This document shows, in pieces, positions 25,701-39,800 of a stretch of DNA of 64,000 nucleotides. The position numbers and the translations under genes are program-made. Location: positions 29,698,001 to 29,762,000 of the forward strand of contig OX597814.1 in NCBI GenBank assembly GCA_951406725.2. The letters run 5' to 3'. Each line of letters opens with the position of its first letter. Within the stretch, counting starts at the first letter, position 1. The stretch comes from Octopus vulgaris (taxonomy: Eukaryota). Under the pieces are notes generated by a model, which did no database searches, was not told the DNA's origin, and was given only the letters and a program-made list of their open reading frames with translations.

Positions 25701-28700
25701 ATGCTTGAATAATGAGAAATTAAATCTGATTTTTTTAATAACTGATACGCTATTACCTTTTTGTACAGGTAGCTATCATTCCTTCTTCACCAGGTGTCTT
25801 GTCATTGACACCTATCTCTCACTTGCTCTTTCTCTCATCAGCAAACATGCAGCTATCACAATTGAATGGATACAATATAGAACAGTAAGGTATCCATTAA
25901 CCTTTCAGGGAACAAGGCAACCTCGTTGGTGTTGCTCTCACAAGAAATTACACTCAGTACGCATTATAAAGCTGTAGGCAAATAAACAATGCAGGAATTA
26001 GAGTATCTTTTAGTCCTACTGAGTACATGATAACCTCTCTAGTGCTGGTACCACATAGTTTGTAGAAGACTAGAACCATAATGATCTGTTCAACCTATGC
26101 GAGCATGGAAAGCAGACATATGATGATGCAGCTAAGCTAAATTTTCATTTCTTATCACAAGGTGTTTTTCATTCTAAGATTTGGCAAGCTAAAAGTACCA
26201 AAAAAAAAAAAAAAAAAAAAAAGCAATCAATGATGACATTTCTGTAGGATTCAAATCTAAACCTAAAATTCACTGAACCAAGAACCTGATACTTGTTTAA
26301 TCCTTCATAATAATAATAGTGGTAAGTATGAGAAAATTATATTAGAAAATCATAAAAATTATGAAGCTCATCAAAATATAGGGCAAACAAAATACGGTAA
26401 GTTTGAATAGAAAGCTGTCTTATCAAGTCAATTTGAATATTAACCTTTTGATACCAGCAAACTTGAGACCAATCTGAGTCCATGACACAAACTTCTTGTT
26501 TTTAAGTGATCTACATGAAAATCTTCTATCAAAATTTCAAACACCAGATTAATAACATCAAAGTTATTTTACTAAATTCATTATTTTCAAAATTAATTGA
26601 AACAAAGGCAGTTATTTCATTAGAAATGTGGTAATGAATTGGTTAAAGAACTAATCCTTTTCTCACTACATTTCTGCTGAAATACACTACCTTTATTTTA
26701 ATATGAGCAAAACGCTCATATTCCTTCCTTCCTTCATGCCAAGTTTGAAGAAAATATCTCTTTTGCATCTTACTTTTTTGGTCTCTTAAATATACTGATT
26801 TTTTTTGTGGCATTATTTCAAGCCAGCTGGCTTTTTTGTGCAAACTGCACGTGCATTTTTCTCGCGGACGCATAGTATCAATTGCAACAGCTGATGTACT
26901 TGCACGTACAAATGCACGTTCCCATGGCTTTATCGATCACATTCTCATATGGAATCGAGTTTTGTAATATTTTCAAGACTTATACACGCCATGATACCGT
27001 CGGTATCTACATATCAAATTTGAACGCAATCGGATGGAGGATGCCTGAGATCCTAGAAGACACACACACAGACAGACAGAACGGATTTTATATTTTAATA
27101 TATTTTGAAAATGACTTTATCAGTCTTTAGCTGGTATTTGCAATGTAAATAAATTTACATGAAATTTAGAAGGTTTTCAATAAGATTTTTTAAAACAAAA
27201 AATTGGTATTAGAGAAGCAGGGGGTGGTTTCAGAAGGATTTGTACCAAAAGGGTTAATTGGTGATTTTAGGAACAAGAGTTTTAAGGAACAATACCTATC
27301 CAAATACCATCTGAGGTTTTAATGTAAAATGAAATTGTACTTATCTTCTAGCTAGGTGATGTTGCACATCATTCAGAGATATCTCTCAGTTACAGCTTAT
27401 CCATAAAAAGAAAATATTTAATTTTTTTTTAATTGGATCAGGAGAGAGAACTCCTCTCTGACAGGTCCCAAGGTAACTGATAAGAGAATGGCCTCTAGAT
27501 AACAGGATTAGAGGCAAGTATGGAAATAAGCTCTCCTGGATTTAACAGTTTCAGCAAGGGATAGCACCTGACAACCACTCAGTCTGGGATTACAGGTGAA
27601 GCCATGGGAAGCAATATGATAGATGTGTAATTTTATGTGAAAGAGTAATCCACTGGCCAATAGCACTACTCATACAATACAGTAAATGGCCAGGATCACC
27701 AAGTTTGCAAAGCGTATCATTGCTAATGTGTTTAAACCTAGCAAATCATCATCATTTAGCGTCTGCTTTCCATGCTAGCATGGGTTGGACGGTTCAACTG
27801 GGGTCTGTGAAGCCAGAAGGCTGCATCAGGCCCAGTCTGATCTGGCAGTGTTTCTACGGCTGGATGCCCTTCCTAACGCCAACCACTCCGTGAGTGTAGT
27901 GGGTGCTTTTTACGTGCCACCCACACAGGAGCCAGACGGAGCTGGCAAACGGCCATGGACGGATGGTGCTTTTTACGTGCCACCGGCATGGGGCCCAGGC
28001 GAGGCTGGCAACGGCCACGAACGGATGGTGCTTTTACGTGGCAATGAAAGATTAATCCAAGAAAGCTCAACCAGATGATCCTTTTTTTAAAAAAAAAATA
28101 CAGGAGTGGTCACTTTAGGTGTTGAACTTTTAATTATGTAGTCAAGAGTTTAAAACTTGCTTATAGCATTATGCCATCAACCCAGATATAATAATTCCAG
28201 TTGTCATTATGTTACTTAGCCTGTCACATGATTAGAAGAAAAGAGAGAAAGAAAAAGAGGGAGAGAGAAGCATCCATGACATGGTAGGGGGAACATAATA
28301 TATATTACGAGGTTAAAAAAAGTTAGTTGACGGTTGTGGTATAGAGGAGAGTTAGGAATATAATTTTAGCAGAGGGGTGATGTTCAGATGGTGAGATTAA
28401 AGAAAGGCAGAGAAAGAGAGATGACGATGGTGATGGAGGTGGTGAGTGCATAGTGAAAGGTATTTTTTTTTTTTGATTAGACTAAATTTTTTTTTTATCA
28501 CCTATTACTTAATGCATGCACATCCCAAAGTTGCCATTCACTTTAGAAAGAAACCAGTTTTTGTTTGCCTGTCATTTGCAATGACTATCAACAAATCACA
28601 AGGGCAGTTATTTGATAAAGTGGGGTTGTTCTTGCTTGAACCTGTATTCAGCCATGGACAGCTATATGTTGCATTCTCAAGGACTTGCAAATTATCTGAT

Positions 28701-31700
28701 GTGAGAGTTAAAGCTACCAATGCCGACAAACAAGGGAAAACTTACATGAAGAACATAGACTGCAAAGAAATATTGAATTGAAGGGTGTATGCAAATTGAA
28801 ATGTGTATTGGTTCTGACCCATCGCCATGGATAAGTTACCAACAACGTAGTTTTCAGAGCATACCATGTTGCATTAAATTTTTACTCCGTGAAATTGTAA
28901 CCCCTAAATTTGACATAAGCTGATACTGTTTACTTTGTCTTCTGTCAATGAGTGTTGAAGGAATGAATTTAAAATATTCAGGGTGATTCAGTTTAGACAT
29001 TTTCAAACTAAATGGCATTTACTCATTATCATTATTATTTTACATCCATTTTTCTATACTGGCATGGGTTGGACAGTTTGACAGGAGCAGTCAAACCAGA
29101 AAACTATGCCAAGCTTCGTTGTCTGCTTCAGCATGGTTTCTACGTTTTGATACTCTGAAAGCAGACGTAATCTGAACTCTAATTTCAATCCTAGCTTTAA
29201 ATATTTATACTGTATAGGGCTACTGATATTGTTGTTATCATCATCATCATCATACCATGATTTTATGCTAACATTTGTAATCATCCCACTGCATGGCACC
29301 ATGGGCAAGTATCTTTTGTTGCCTTAAGCTGACCAATGCCTTCTGAATGAAATTTGGTAGATGGAAATTGTATGCACACATATTTTTTCTAGGTGTCTCC
29401 ACACTAACATCAAGTGAGCAACAGTGGCATCATGCTTGTATTTCTAATAAACAATAGTTTCTGTAGCTCTGAAGTTTTGAGGTGTGAAAGCTAATTTGAA
29501 TAAATATTCCTTATTTGAAAATCAGGTGACATTTAGAAACAGAAATGGTATCCAGTGGTAGAATACCACTTTAATAAGTCTTGTTCCATACATGTCAGTA
29601 CAGAAAAAGTGAATGTAAAACGATACCAATGCTTTTGCATTTCACAAGTCACAACATTTGCAACAATATGTTAATTTACTTATAGATGTTATTTTAATTA
29701 GAGTAAGGTTTCATAACATTAACATCTAAGTGTTAATCTGCCATGCTTCTTTCATGCTTCTGCAAACATCACTTACCCATCCATACCACTTATATTCAAT
29801 TTCTTGTAAAACTTGAGGGTATGCCCTGACACATCTTCACCACCATCCTCTTTTCCAACAGGATAACCATGTCTCTCCCTTACAGCAAGACATCTGTTCA
29901 TGTCCATCTGTTATACTTTAATCTCTCATCACCTGGTATAGAACCACCTCCTTCAATACTATTCCCCCCCCGCGTTGTAACTTACTTGGAGACCTCATTC
30001 GTGCCAGTGCCATATAAATAGCACCCAATACACTCAGTAAAGCAGTTGGCGTTAGGAAAGGTATTCAGTCATAGAAATCATGCAGGTATTGGTGCTTAGT
30101 GCAGTACTCTCGCTTGCCAGCTCCCGATGAACTGTCCAACTCATACCAACCCGGAAAACATTTGTTAAAAGATGGTGATGGAGCGTTTTAAAAAGTTCAA
30201 GGGATAAAAACCCCGCAGTGAGTGAGATGCGTCAACAGTCTCAGCCAGCTAACGGAATGATAATGTATTATTAAGACGAAAGTAAATCAGAACTTACAGC
30301 TTCTGAAAGAAGAGTATGAACACTCTGGAGACAATAAATTCTATAACATTTACAGCAAGAATTAATTCTCAATATGTTAGTATGTCATGTATTTTTTTTA
30401 TCTATGTGCCCTTTTCAAGCCTAGCCAGGCTCATGGGCCCGGTTTCCTGGTTTCTATGGCGTATGTGTTCCCCCCCAGCTGGACGGGACACCAGTCCATT
30501 GCAGTGTTACTCAAGAAACAGGAAGAAAGAGTGAGAGAAAGTTGGGGCGAAAGAGTACAACAGGGGTCCCCCCCCCCACCTGCCGGAGCCTCGTGGAGCT
30601 TTAGGTGATTTCGCTCAATAAACACATACAATGCCCGGTCTGGGAGTCGAAACCATGATCCTCCGACCGCGAGTCCGTTGCCCTAACCACTGGGCCATTG
30701 CGCCTCCACATGTCATGTATTAAAGATCTTATTTAACAAGGTACAGGGCAGTTTTATTTGGAGAAAGAATTATAGTCCTTCAAATCAATTATAGTATACT
30801 ACTAATAATTATTTACAAAAAAGAAGATAGAAAACAAAGATTATGCATAGTTGGAACTTCAATTTGACTTCCTGTTGTGCATACCAATCCAATAGTCGAC
30901 GAAAAACCAATAATCTTCAAGGTAGAAAAAACAAGACACAAAGTAATTTTCAAGAAAATAAAGTGGTGTAAGTGAAATGGCCCAAAGTAGTTGAGAACAG
31001 GCATCTCACAAGCTTGTCTGGTGCTCTCCATTTATTTCTTTAAACAAAAGTTTTTCAGTATGGTGAAAGAAATTAAGCAACCAACACGCCCTCTATATAA
31101 TTGCTAGGAATAGCAGCCAAATTTCCTTCAAAACATACCTACTGTCTTAAAAATTGGAAGGACACTTATAATTCTGGAAGCACTATGCTTTCAAAGGAAA
31201 GATGGATGGTCAAGGCCTTTAATCATAGGTCAGCTCAATCAGAGCTGAGCTAGAGCTAAACAAGTGCTTTATATATTTATAGATATATACAGGGTGCAAT
31301 GGGTAAATTGGTGCCATTTTATATTTTTAATTTTGTGCAAGCGCACTGTTTTTGATTTTGTTGACTACACAGTATAGTAGGGTCAGCTGGGCACCATCTG
31401 TGAGGAAAACAGCTCCATTATGCAATTCTCTCAGCCAGAAATTTGGAAATGACGCTGTACTGCTTAGCATTCATGCCAGAAGCCCCAATATAAACAGATA
31501 GTGAACATACAGAACAACTGTTGGCTTGCTGTGTCCCCAAAACCTGTACCAAGAGTGATAAAAATCAATCATCCAGTCAACATCATGGTGTTTGGAGAGA
31601 TGGTGATGTTATGCCTCCATTCGTCTTCCCACATGGCTTCAGACACAACACGAAGGCCTACATCAAGTGCCTGTGCTTGGCAACAGGACTCTGTACCATG

Positions 31701-34700
31701 CCACATAAGCAGGAGAACCCAGTCATGGTTGTCAGACAATTTCTATGACCACATCACCCCCAACATCTGGTCACCTAACTCCCCAGACTGCAATCCCCTT
31801 GATTATTATGTGTGGGGTGCAGTTGAGCGAGAGACAAACAAAACTCCTTGTAACACCAAAGATGAACTGAAGGCAAGGATTAAGGAAGCATTCACCAACT
31901 TAAACAAAGAGACTGTCCAAAAGAGTTGCAGGAGATTCCGAAGTCACCTGGAAGTTGTGAATGAAGCCAATGGCGATTTTATTGAATGAATTTACTCTTT
32001 AGTATTTCATGCTATTTTTATGTAATTTAGATGACAATATATTCACAGCACCCTGTATATATAAATAAATGACAAGAAAACGGGAGTTACATAATCCCCT
32101 TTATTAACTTACAGCCATTTCATTTTTAAGAAGCAGTGCAACATCCTATGTATTTAAATGATTTCTGAAATAAACATACTTCGTTGTAAAGGCTCCAAGG
32201 AAGTCATAAGATGTTGCACAAGCACTCAGTTCTGAAACAGCTGTAAACTAATGAAGGTGATTATGATACACTTGTTCTCTTGTCATTCATTAATTGATAT
32301 TAAATCTACTTGCCTAATGCTTTACTCTAAAGTTTACGCATATGGAGTTCTATAAACTGATTATTAGTATTGCTGAGCCAAAGCAAAATAAGAAAATATA
32401 TGTAATGGGCTGGCAACAGGAAGGGATCTAATCACAGAAACCAAGCCACAATATGTGGTGTGTGAGCAAGACAGGCTCTCCAGTCTATGCAGGAGGGCAG
32501 TTAAGCTCTAACTTGGACCATAACAACCTATCCAGCTCATATCAGCATCAAGAAATGGATGTGAAATGAAGACACACATAAAGATGAAATTTAACAAAAA
32601 AATTATATGTGCAAAAGACATTTATGTTGAAGGTTTGCAAATCACAAGCGAATACTGCACTGTTCTTACATGGAGAAAAAAGAAGTTTGCAAAGCAACTA
32701 TAGATACATGAATACAGAAGACTAGTTTATAGCCTTTTTTTAAATAATTTTCTTTTAATCATGTCAAACAACAAATACCAGAAATATTAAAATGCAGATA
32801 TAAAGTAAATGTATCAAAAAGAATTTAAAATCTCTAAGAAGCAGCTTCTTTTTTATGAGAAACATCTTAGGGTGACAATGATTCTTTGTAAAATAGCCAA
32901 GATGTTGAAAGTATACCTATATCTAACGAAATGATAAACAATTTTAAAAAATCCAGAAGACTTATAAATGATTGCAAACTCAGTGGAGTATACAAGTCTT
33001 TATCATGAAAAATATTCTGAAAAAGGAAGTTAACTTCCACCCTTTAGCATTTAAATTGGTCATATCCAGGCCCAATTTTTCTAGCTGTTCTATGTTTAAA
33101 CCAACCAGCCTCTCGCACCTATACTACAATGTCATTCTAAAACTAAACAATCACATCATTGAAATCTGAAAGCTAGGAGGTAATGCATGATTAACTTAAA
33201 CCAATGTGAATAAATAAACAGAACATTTAACAGAATAATCTGAATGCTAAAGGGTTGAAAAGTAGATGTAGATGGCAGGGAGGAGTGAAAAATGCAACTT
33301 TTGAAATTGGTAACCAAGAATTGATATTTTGTTGTGAATTAGGGTTAAAAGAAAGGTGTATAAAGAACTTTATGATTAAATATTTTTTTCAGGCTCCACA
33401 ACAATTGCAAATATTAAAAATCACTATTTTTGGTCGAATTTTGGATTTCATGGATTATAAGTCACAACGACTGCATATTTCTGCACAGCAGAATGCAAAA
33501 CAGTGAATATAGTGTCCTTAAGAGGTTGCATACCAAGTTTCAATATAATCGACTAACTAATATCTTGAGGTTCCACACTGACTATAAAGAGAATGGGAGT
33601 GTGAACCACTGCAATGGTTGTTGCACATAGATGTACATTGTACATGTGTGAATTTTTCTGCTTTATACCTTGACTTTAGGCCATTGTATTAAATTTAATG
33701 TTGTTTGCATTAAGTGATGACCCATAAGCCAATAACATGTCATGATACTGAATGCCCAATATTTGGTACTCCATGTGATCTTAGTGAGCGAGTTTTGCCA
33801 ACTTACACGGACGTATTAAAAAGTGTTCTTTTTGAATGAGAAAAAGAAAAGAATGTAGTTAAGAAAGATCCTTCCTAAGTTCTGAAATCTGCACTTGGCT
33901 TGCAAAAGGAATCGTTACTAATTAGATGCTGAAAACAAAGTTTAAGAAAAGCAGGGCTGTGGAGTCGAAACAAAAAACTTTGACTCCAATTCCTGTACTA
34001 TTGGTGACTCTGATTCCGACTCCTCTTTATGTAATTAAGTGATTGTGGTCTATATATCCCATAAAGCATATGCATACGCTTGTACTTTGAGTAGGCCTAT
34101 ATGTTATAACTAGTTTATCATCATCATCGTTTAGCATCCGCTTTCCATGCTGGCATGGGTTGGACAGTTCAACTGGGGTCTGGGAAGCCAGAAGGCTGCA
34201 CCAGGCCCAGTCTGATCTGGCAATGCTTCTACAGCTGGATGCCCTTCCTAACACCAACCACTCCAAGAGTGTAGTGGGTGCTTTTTACGTGCCACCGGCA
34301 CAGGTGCCAGATGAGGCTGGCAAACGGCCACAGTCGGATGGTACTTTTTACGTGCCACCAGCACGGAGGCCAGGCGAGGCTGACAATGGCCACGATCGGA
34401 TGGTGCTTTTTAAGGCGAGGCTGGCAATGGCCACGATCAGATGGTGTTTTTTACGTGCCACTGGCACGGAGGCAGTCGGGGCGGCGCTGGCAATGGCCAT
34501 GTTCGGATGGTTCTCTTATGTGCCACCGGCACTGGTATCACAGCTACGATTTCTATTGATGTTGATCGATTTTGATTTTGTTTTTCACTTGCCTCAACAG
34601 GTCTTCACAAGTAGAGTTTTGTGTCCCAAGAAGAAAAGGTATGCATAAGTGGACTGAGGCTACGGGTTATGGCCTCACTTGTCCTACTGGGTCTTCTCAC

Positions 34701-36791
34701 GCACAGCATTAAAGAATAAAGATATTGTGAGTTGGAATCAGTTTTACCAACTCCAGCTACCCCTTAATAGTTTCCGACTCCAATTCCAGAGCCCTGAAGA
34801 AAATGTAATTTGAAGTAAGAATTGGACACAGTATTTTGAATGGAATCTCAAGTGGATGGTAAGGTTCAAAAGGGATGATGGAAGGAAGAGAGAGGAGTGT
34901 ATTGAATGAGTTAAATTGGATTGCTACGTCTAGCAACCTGAGAATTGACATGTGAAAAATACCACATTAATATAGAGCATGAAATCCTCAAGTCCTAATA
35001 ATCTGGTCCTTCAACATTGGGTGTGATAAAAATGTTAAGGAATGAAATAAATTACTTCCAGACAATTCAAAACAACAGGAAAATACTTGAAGGAATTCCA
35101 GATAAATATCAAAGCTGGTTAGCCAAAGTCTTCCAAGAACATAAGAAGATGCTTGAGCATCATTAAACTAGTTACAGACATCATTATTTTTCTTTTATTT
35201 ACTGGTTTGGCATAGGGAAAGGAACTGGACTATATATAATGACCATCACAGGTTCTTCAAGATGGGAACATAGATCATCATCATCATCGTTTAACGTCCG
35301 TTCTCCATGCTAGCATGGGTTGGCCGGTTCGACCGGGGATCTGGGAAGCCAGAAGGCTGCACCAGGCTCCAGTTTTTATCTGGCAATGTTTCTACAGCTG
35401 GATGCCCTTCCTAACACCAACCACTCCGTGAGTGTAGTGGGTGCTTTTTACGTGCCACCTGCACTGGTGCCAGGCGAGGCTGGCATCGGCCATGGTTGCA
35501 TTGGTGCATTTTACGTGCCACCGGCACGGAAGCCAGTCGAGGCGGCACTGGCTTCGGCCACGATTCGGATGGTGCTTTTTACGTGCCACCAACACGGAAG
35601 CCAGTCGAGGCGGCGCTAGATGTAGCTAGCATTCTTCTTGGACTATTTGGAGTTGATGGCTGTAGATATAATCTCACATAGAAGTGGAATTATAGAGGCT
35701 GATATTGAAGAGAAGAAGGACTGAGCATAATAGTTAGTAGGTGGTCTGGTATGGTGGACACAAAATAGTGACAAAATAAGAGTGAGTAAAGAGGATGCCT
35801 GAAAGGAAATGACATGAACCCAGCCAGCTCCAAGGAGCAGAGGCAATTATAGAAGCAGTAGAAAGATAGAAAAGAGACAGCATATGTGGACCAGAGGTCT
35901 GACTGTGTTGGTGTTTAATCACATCCCAATCAGTTGGATGGTTTTTCTTTGAATCTAGTCTAGGATGTCTGTAGTGTGTAGCAGCAGCATTCCAAATGTA
36001 GGAATAGCAACTTGTAGGTTTCAGCTAAGCTTTGTAGATGGTTTGTATTAATAGTAGTTGTAATCTACAGTATTTTCTAGTCATGAAGATGACCTGGTTA
36101 TGTTGAGGATAGGGAGGATGATAGTGAAGTACTGCTATTTGTAAAGGAGTTAAGTATAATGTTACAAATGTGTATGAAATATATACACACATATGCTTGT
36201 TTCTTTATTTTAAAGAAATTTTAAGACTAACAACGGAACATTTCTTGACAGGGAGAATTGTTTACTAAGAGTAAAGTTAAATTATCATGATTTTAGTTTT
36301 GAATTAACTATTAGACAAAACAAAGTCCTAGTCAAAATCAAATTTATAATACACACTTATATAAAAGTTAGGGATCAAGAAGACTCATGACTATTGTACA
36401 ATTAAAATAATTAACAAGCAAATCTCTAAAAATATATATCTTCAAAGCATAAAAGTAATTTCAAAGCAACAATGTCTAAAAACTAATAATTGCTTGGCTC
36501 AATAGACTTAGGCAAAACTAGGGAGAATGATAAGTTTTAAGTTCTGACTGAAGCCGGACTGTTAATTAGATCTCTTTTCCAACATTACTAAATCACCACA
36601 AAAAGAGATATAGTTATGATTTATAACATAAGTATGAAACGTACTTTAGTAGAAATGAAAAGAAATTGTGGTTTTGAAATATTTTCCTAAGTTAAACATT
36701 AAATATAACAAAGCATGAAAAGAAATAAAACTGAAGAAAATAGTAGTTTTGAAGGAGGTAGGAGAACATCAAATGCCAATACCCCCCACAC

Positions 36792-36825
<34 letters not shown>

Positions 36826-39800
36826 TAGATAGATAAAAATGATAAGACAACAAAAGATAGAAAGAGGCCTCGATATTATGTAAATAGAGGAATTTATCTG
36901 TAAATGTAATATGTGACAATTATTCGGTAGCCATACACATACACAAAATATGTACACACATACACCCACATATACACACTAAATATATACATGATGACAT
37001 TGCTGCAAATCAAGAGCAGGCCATATAGCCCACATACAAGCTGGCCAGATGATTACTGCACAAGAATAGTCAATGTCGACTTATGACTGACAGCCAAAGA
37101 AGAGATACACACACACTAATTCTTTTATTTAAAAATTTTAAGAATAACAATGGAACATTTCTTGATAAGGAGAGTTGTTTACTATGATTTAAGTTAAATT
37201 ATGAATTTAGTTTTGAATAAGCTGTTAGGCAAAACAAAGTCCCAGTCAAAACCAGATTTATAATGCACACTTATATAACTCTAGTCCAATAGACCTTAAC
37301 AGCCTTATAATAATTTCTTTATTATAATTAGACACAAGTTCAATTTTGATAAAATGGGAATCTAATGAATGGAGGTAATAGGTTTTTTAGTGCTGTGGCA
37401 CTTAAGAAAATCTAATTCTTGAAATTTGCTTTCACAAACTCAGCTGTCATTACTTCCTTAACCCTTTCGTTACTGAATTTATTTTGAGATGCTCAGTGTT
37501 TCTTCCAATTATGTTAAATATAACAAAGAATTAAGTAAAATAACATCATTATCATTAAGCTAGAGTTAGGGACATAAATTGTGACTAAGGTTTGGTGGAA
37601 GGTTTTAATTCAGAACTTTTGAAAACCAGACATTTGTACTAAAGAGCCAGAGCCGGTTTCAGCCGGGTTGGTAACGAAAGGGTTAATAACATTAAACAGA
37701 AGGGGATTGTAGAAACAAAACCATGGTTGAAACATATCCAAAGAAACAATGCTATAGGTGAAAACTAAATATTTAATCCTTTTGATACCAATCTGTTTGA
37801 GACTGTTCTTGGTTCTGTGTTAAATACTTCCGGTTTTATAATGATATAAATTAAAACCTTCCATGCAAATTTCATTTTGATTTATGTTGTAAATACCAGC
37901 TAAATTCTTCATGATTTTCAAAATTAATTGAAATATGCAGTGTATTTCAGAAATATGGTAATAGAAGGGTTAACAAATCAATGACTAAAAAAACGAATGC
38001 AGAGGATTGTCTGGAATTAATGGCCTGACAGTTCATGTAATAAGAAATATAGCACGACCTACAAACATTAGGGCTCACCGGGGCAATGACAAGTGACTGA
38101 GACCTTTGGAGATATGCTGTGCTTGAGAAGATCCGGCAAGCCAAGTGAGACCATAACTGTAGCCTATGCTAGTGCTGTATAACCAGCCCATTTAAGAGTA
38201 TCCTTCAATCATTGGACAATAAACTACACTTGCGAAGACCTGTTGAGGCAACTGAAATCGTTGTTGTGGCCAATGACAGTACTGCCTGATTGGCACCTGC
38301 ACCAGTGGAACGTGAAAAGCACCATTCGAGTGTGATCATTGCCAGCGTTGCCTGACTGGTCCCTGTGCCGGTGGCACATAAAAAACACCATTCGAGCGTG
38401 GTCATTGCCAGACAGGTTCTTGTGCAGGTGGCATGTCAGAAGTACCATTTGAGCATGGCCGATACCAGTACCGCCTGACTGGCCCTCATGCTTATGGCAT
38501 GTAAAAGCACCCACTACATTCTCAAAGTGGTTGGCATTAGAAGGGGCATCCAGCTGTAGAAACTTTGCCAGATCAGATTGGAGCCTGGTGCAGCCTTCTA
38601 GCAAGCCAGCCCTGGAAATGTTCAACCCATGACAGCATGGAAAGTGGACATTAAATGATGATGATGATGAAGTATATGGAGCTATGGTAAACTACATCAT
38701 TTCTGGAAAAGACATCCCCTAACACAACAAACTACAAACACAATTGTAGTGGCATGTTTACATGGCAAGAAAAAACAAATAAATTAATTAAAAAATTGCA
38801 AAAAAATGTTAACAACAATCCTAGTATAGGAAGGTTGGGAGTCATTAAGTCTATTATAATAATGTAACAGCCAAATTCAGGATTGACATATATCATAAGT
38901 AATTGAACACTTTCTAAACTGAATATCAAGTAGTCATAAAATCATCGTTACTGTTAATACACCTGCTTTTTCTACGCTAGAGTGGATTGGATGCAAATTC
39001 TTATATCAGTTTTCTACAGCTGGAAGTCCTTCCTGATGCTAACTCTCGTTTTTAAGCAAGATACTTTATTCCACACATCAAACCACTGAGCTCTTTTGTT
39101 TATGTGGGATATATAGCTCAAACAATGTCAATGTGAAGATATTCAGAAAAAAGAAACACTCCTCCCCCTTATGGGTTTCCATACTTTATGTGAATGCACT
39201 TTTTGCCCCAAAACGTCTTTAAAAAAAACCCCTGGGTCCTACGTGAACTTGGGCAACTAAGCTTAAATGCATTAATTTTTTTTTTCCTCCTGAATGTGTT
39301 GCTGAAATTGGAGTGCATCTAATGTACACAAGACAAAACTGCTTGCATCCAAGTACATGGGGAGGAGTAGTGGAAAAGGAGAGAATAATGGTTTCAAATT
39401 TTGGCACAAGGCCAGCAATTGTAAGGGAGGAGCTAAGTCAATTACATTGATGCTAGTGTTCAACTGGTATTTATTATATTAACCCTGAAAGGATGAAAGA
39501 GAAAGTCAACCTTGGCAAACTTTGAACTCAGAATGTAAAGACAGACAAAATGATTGTGTTTATGAGTCTGCCAGCTTGCCACCTTAAAGGAGAAGACAAC
39601 AATAATAATAATTCCTGAAATTAGCACAAGACGAGAAGAGGTGAGTGAATTAACCTGTGAATTAAACAATGAATTATATGCAAGGAGTTGAAATTTAATA
39701 ATGAACTTACTTTATAATCCTTGAATTTGCCTTTCCATGAACACCCTGGATATAAACACTGAGCAGGGTGTTTGTCAAGTTCTTTCCGAAGGTAATAATC

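Noticed and set aside
32113-32164. 52-nt AG/GT-bounded segment on the minus strand with an in-frame stop (poison-exon-like)
   Set aside because: Such pairs arise by chance in AT-rich introns; no other support.
34270-34535. CRISPR-like repeat/spacer appearance
   Set aside because: Spacers are homologous to each other, the array lies inside a dispersed eukaryotic retroposon, and there are no cas genes.
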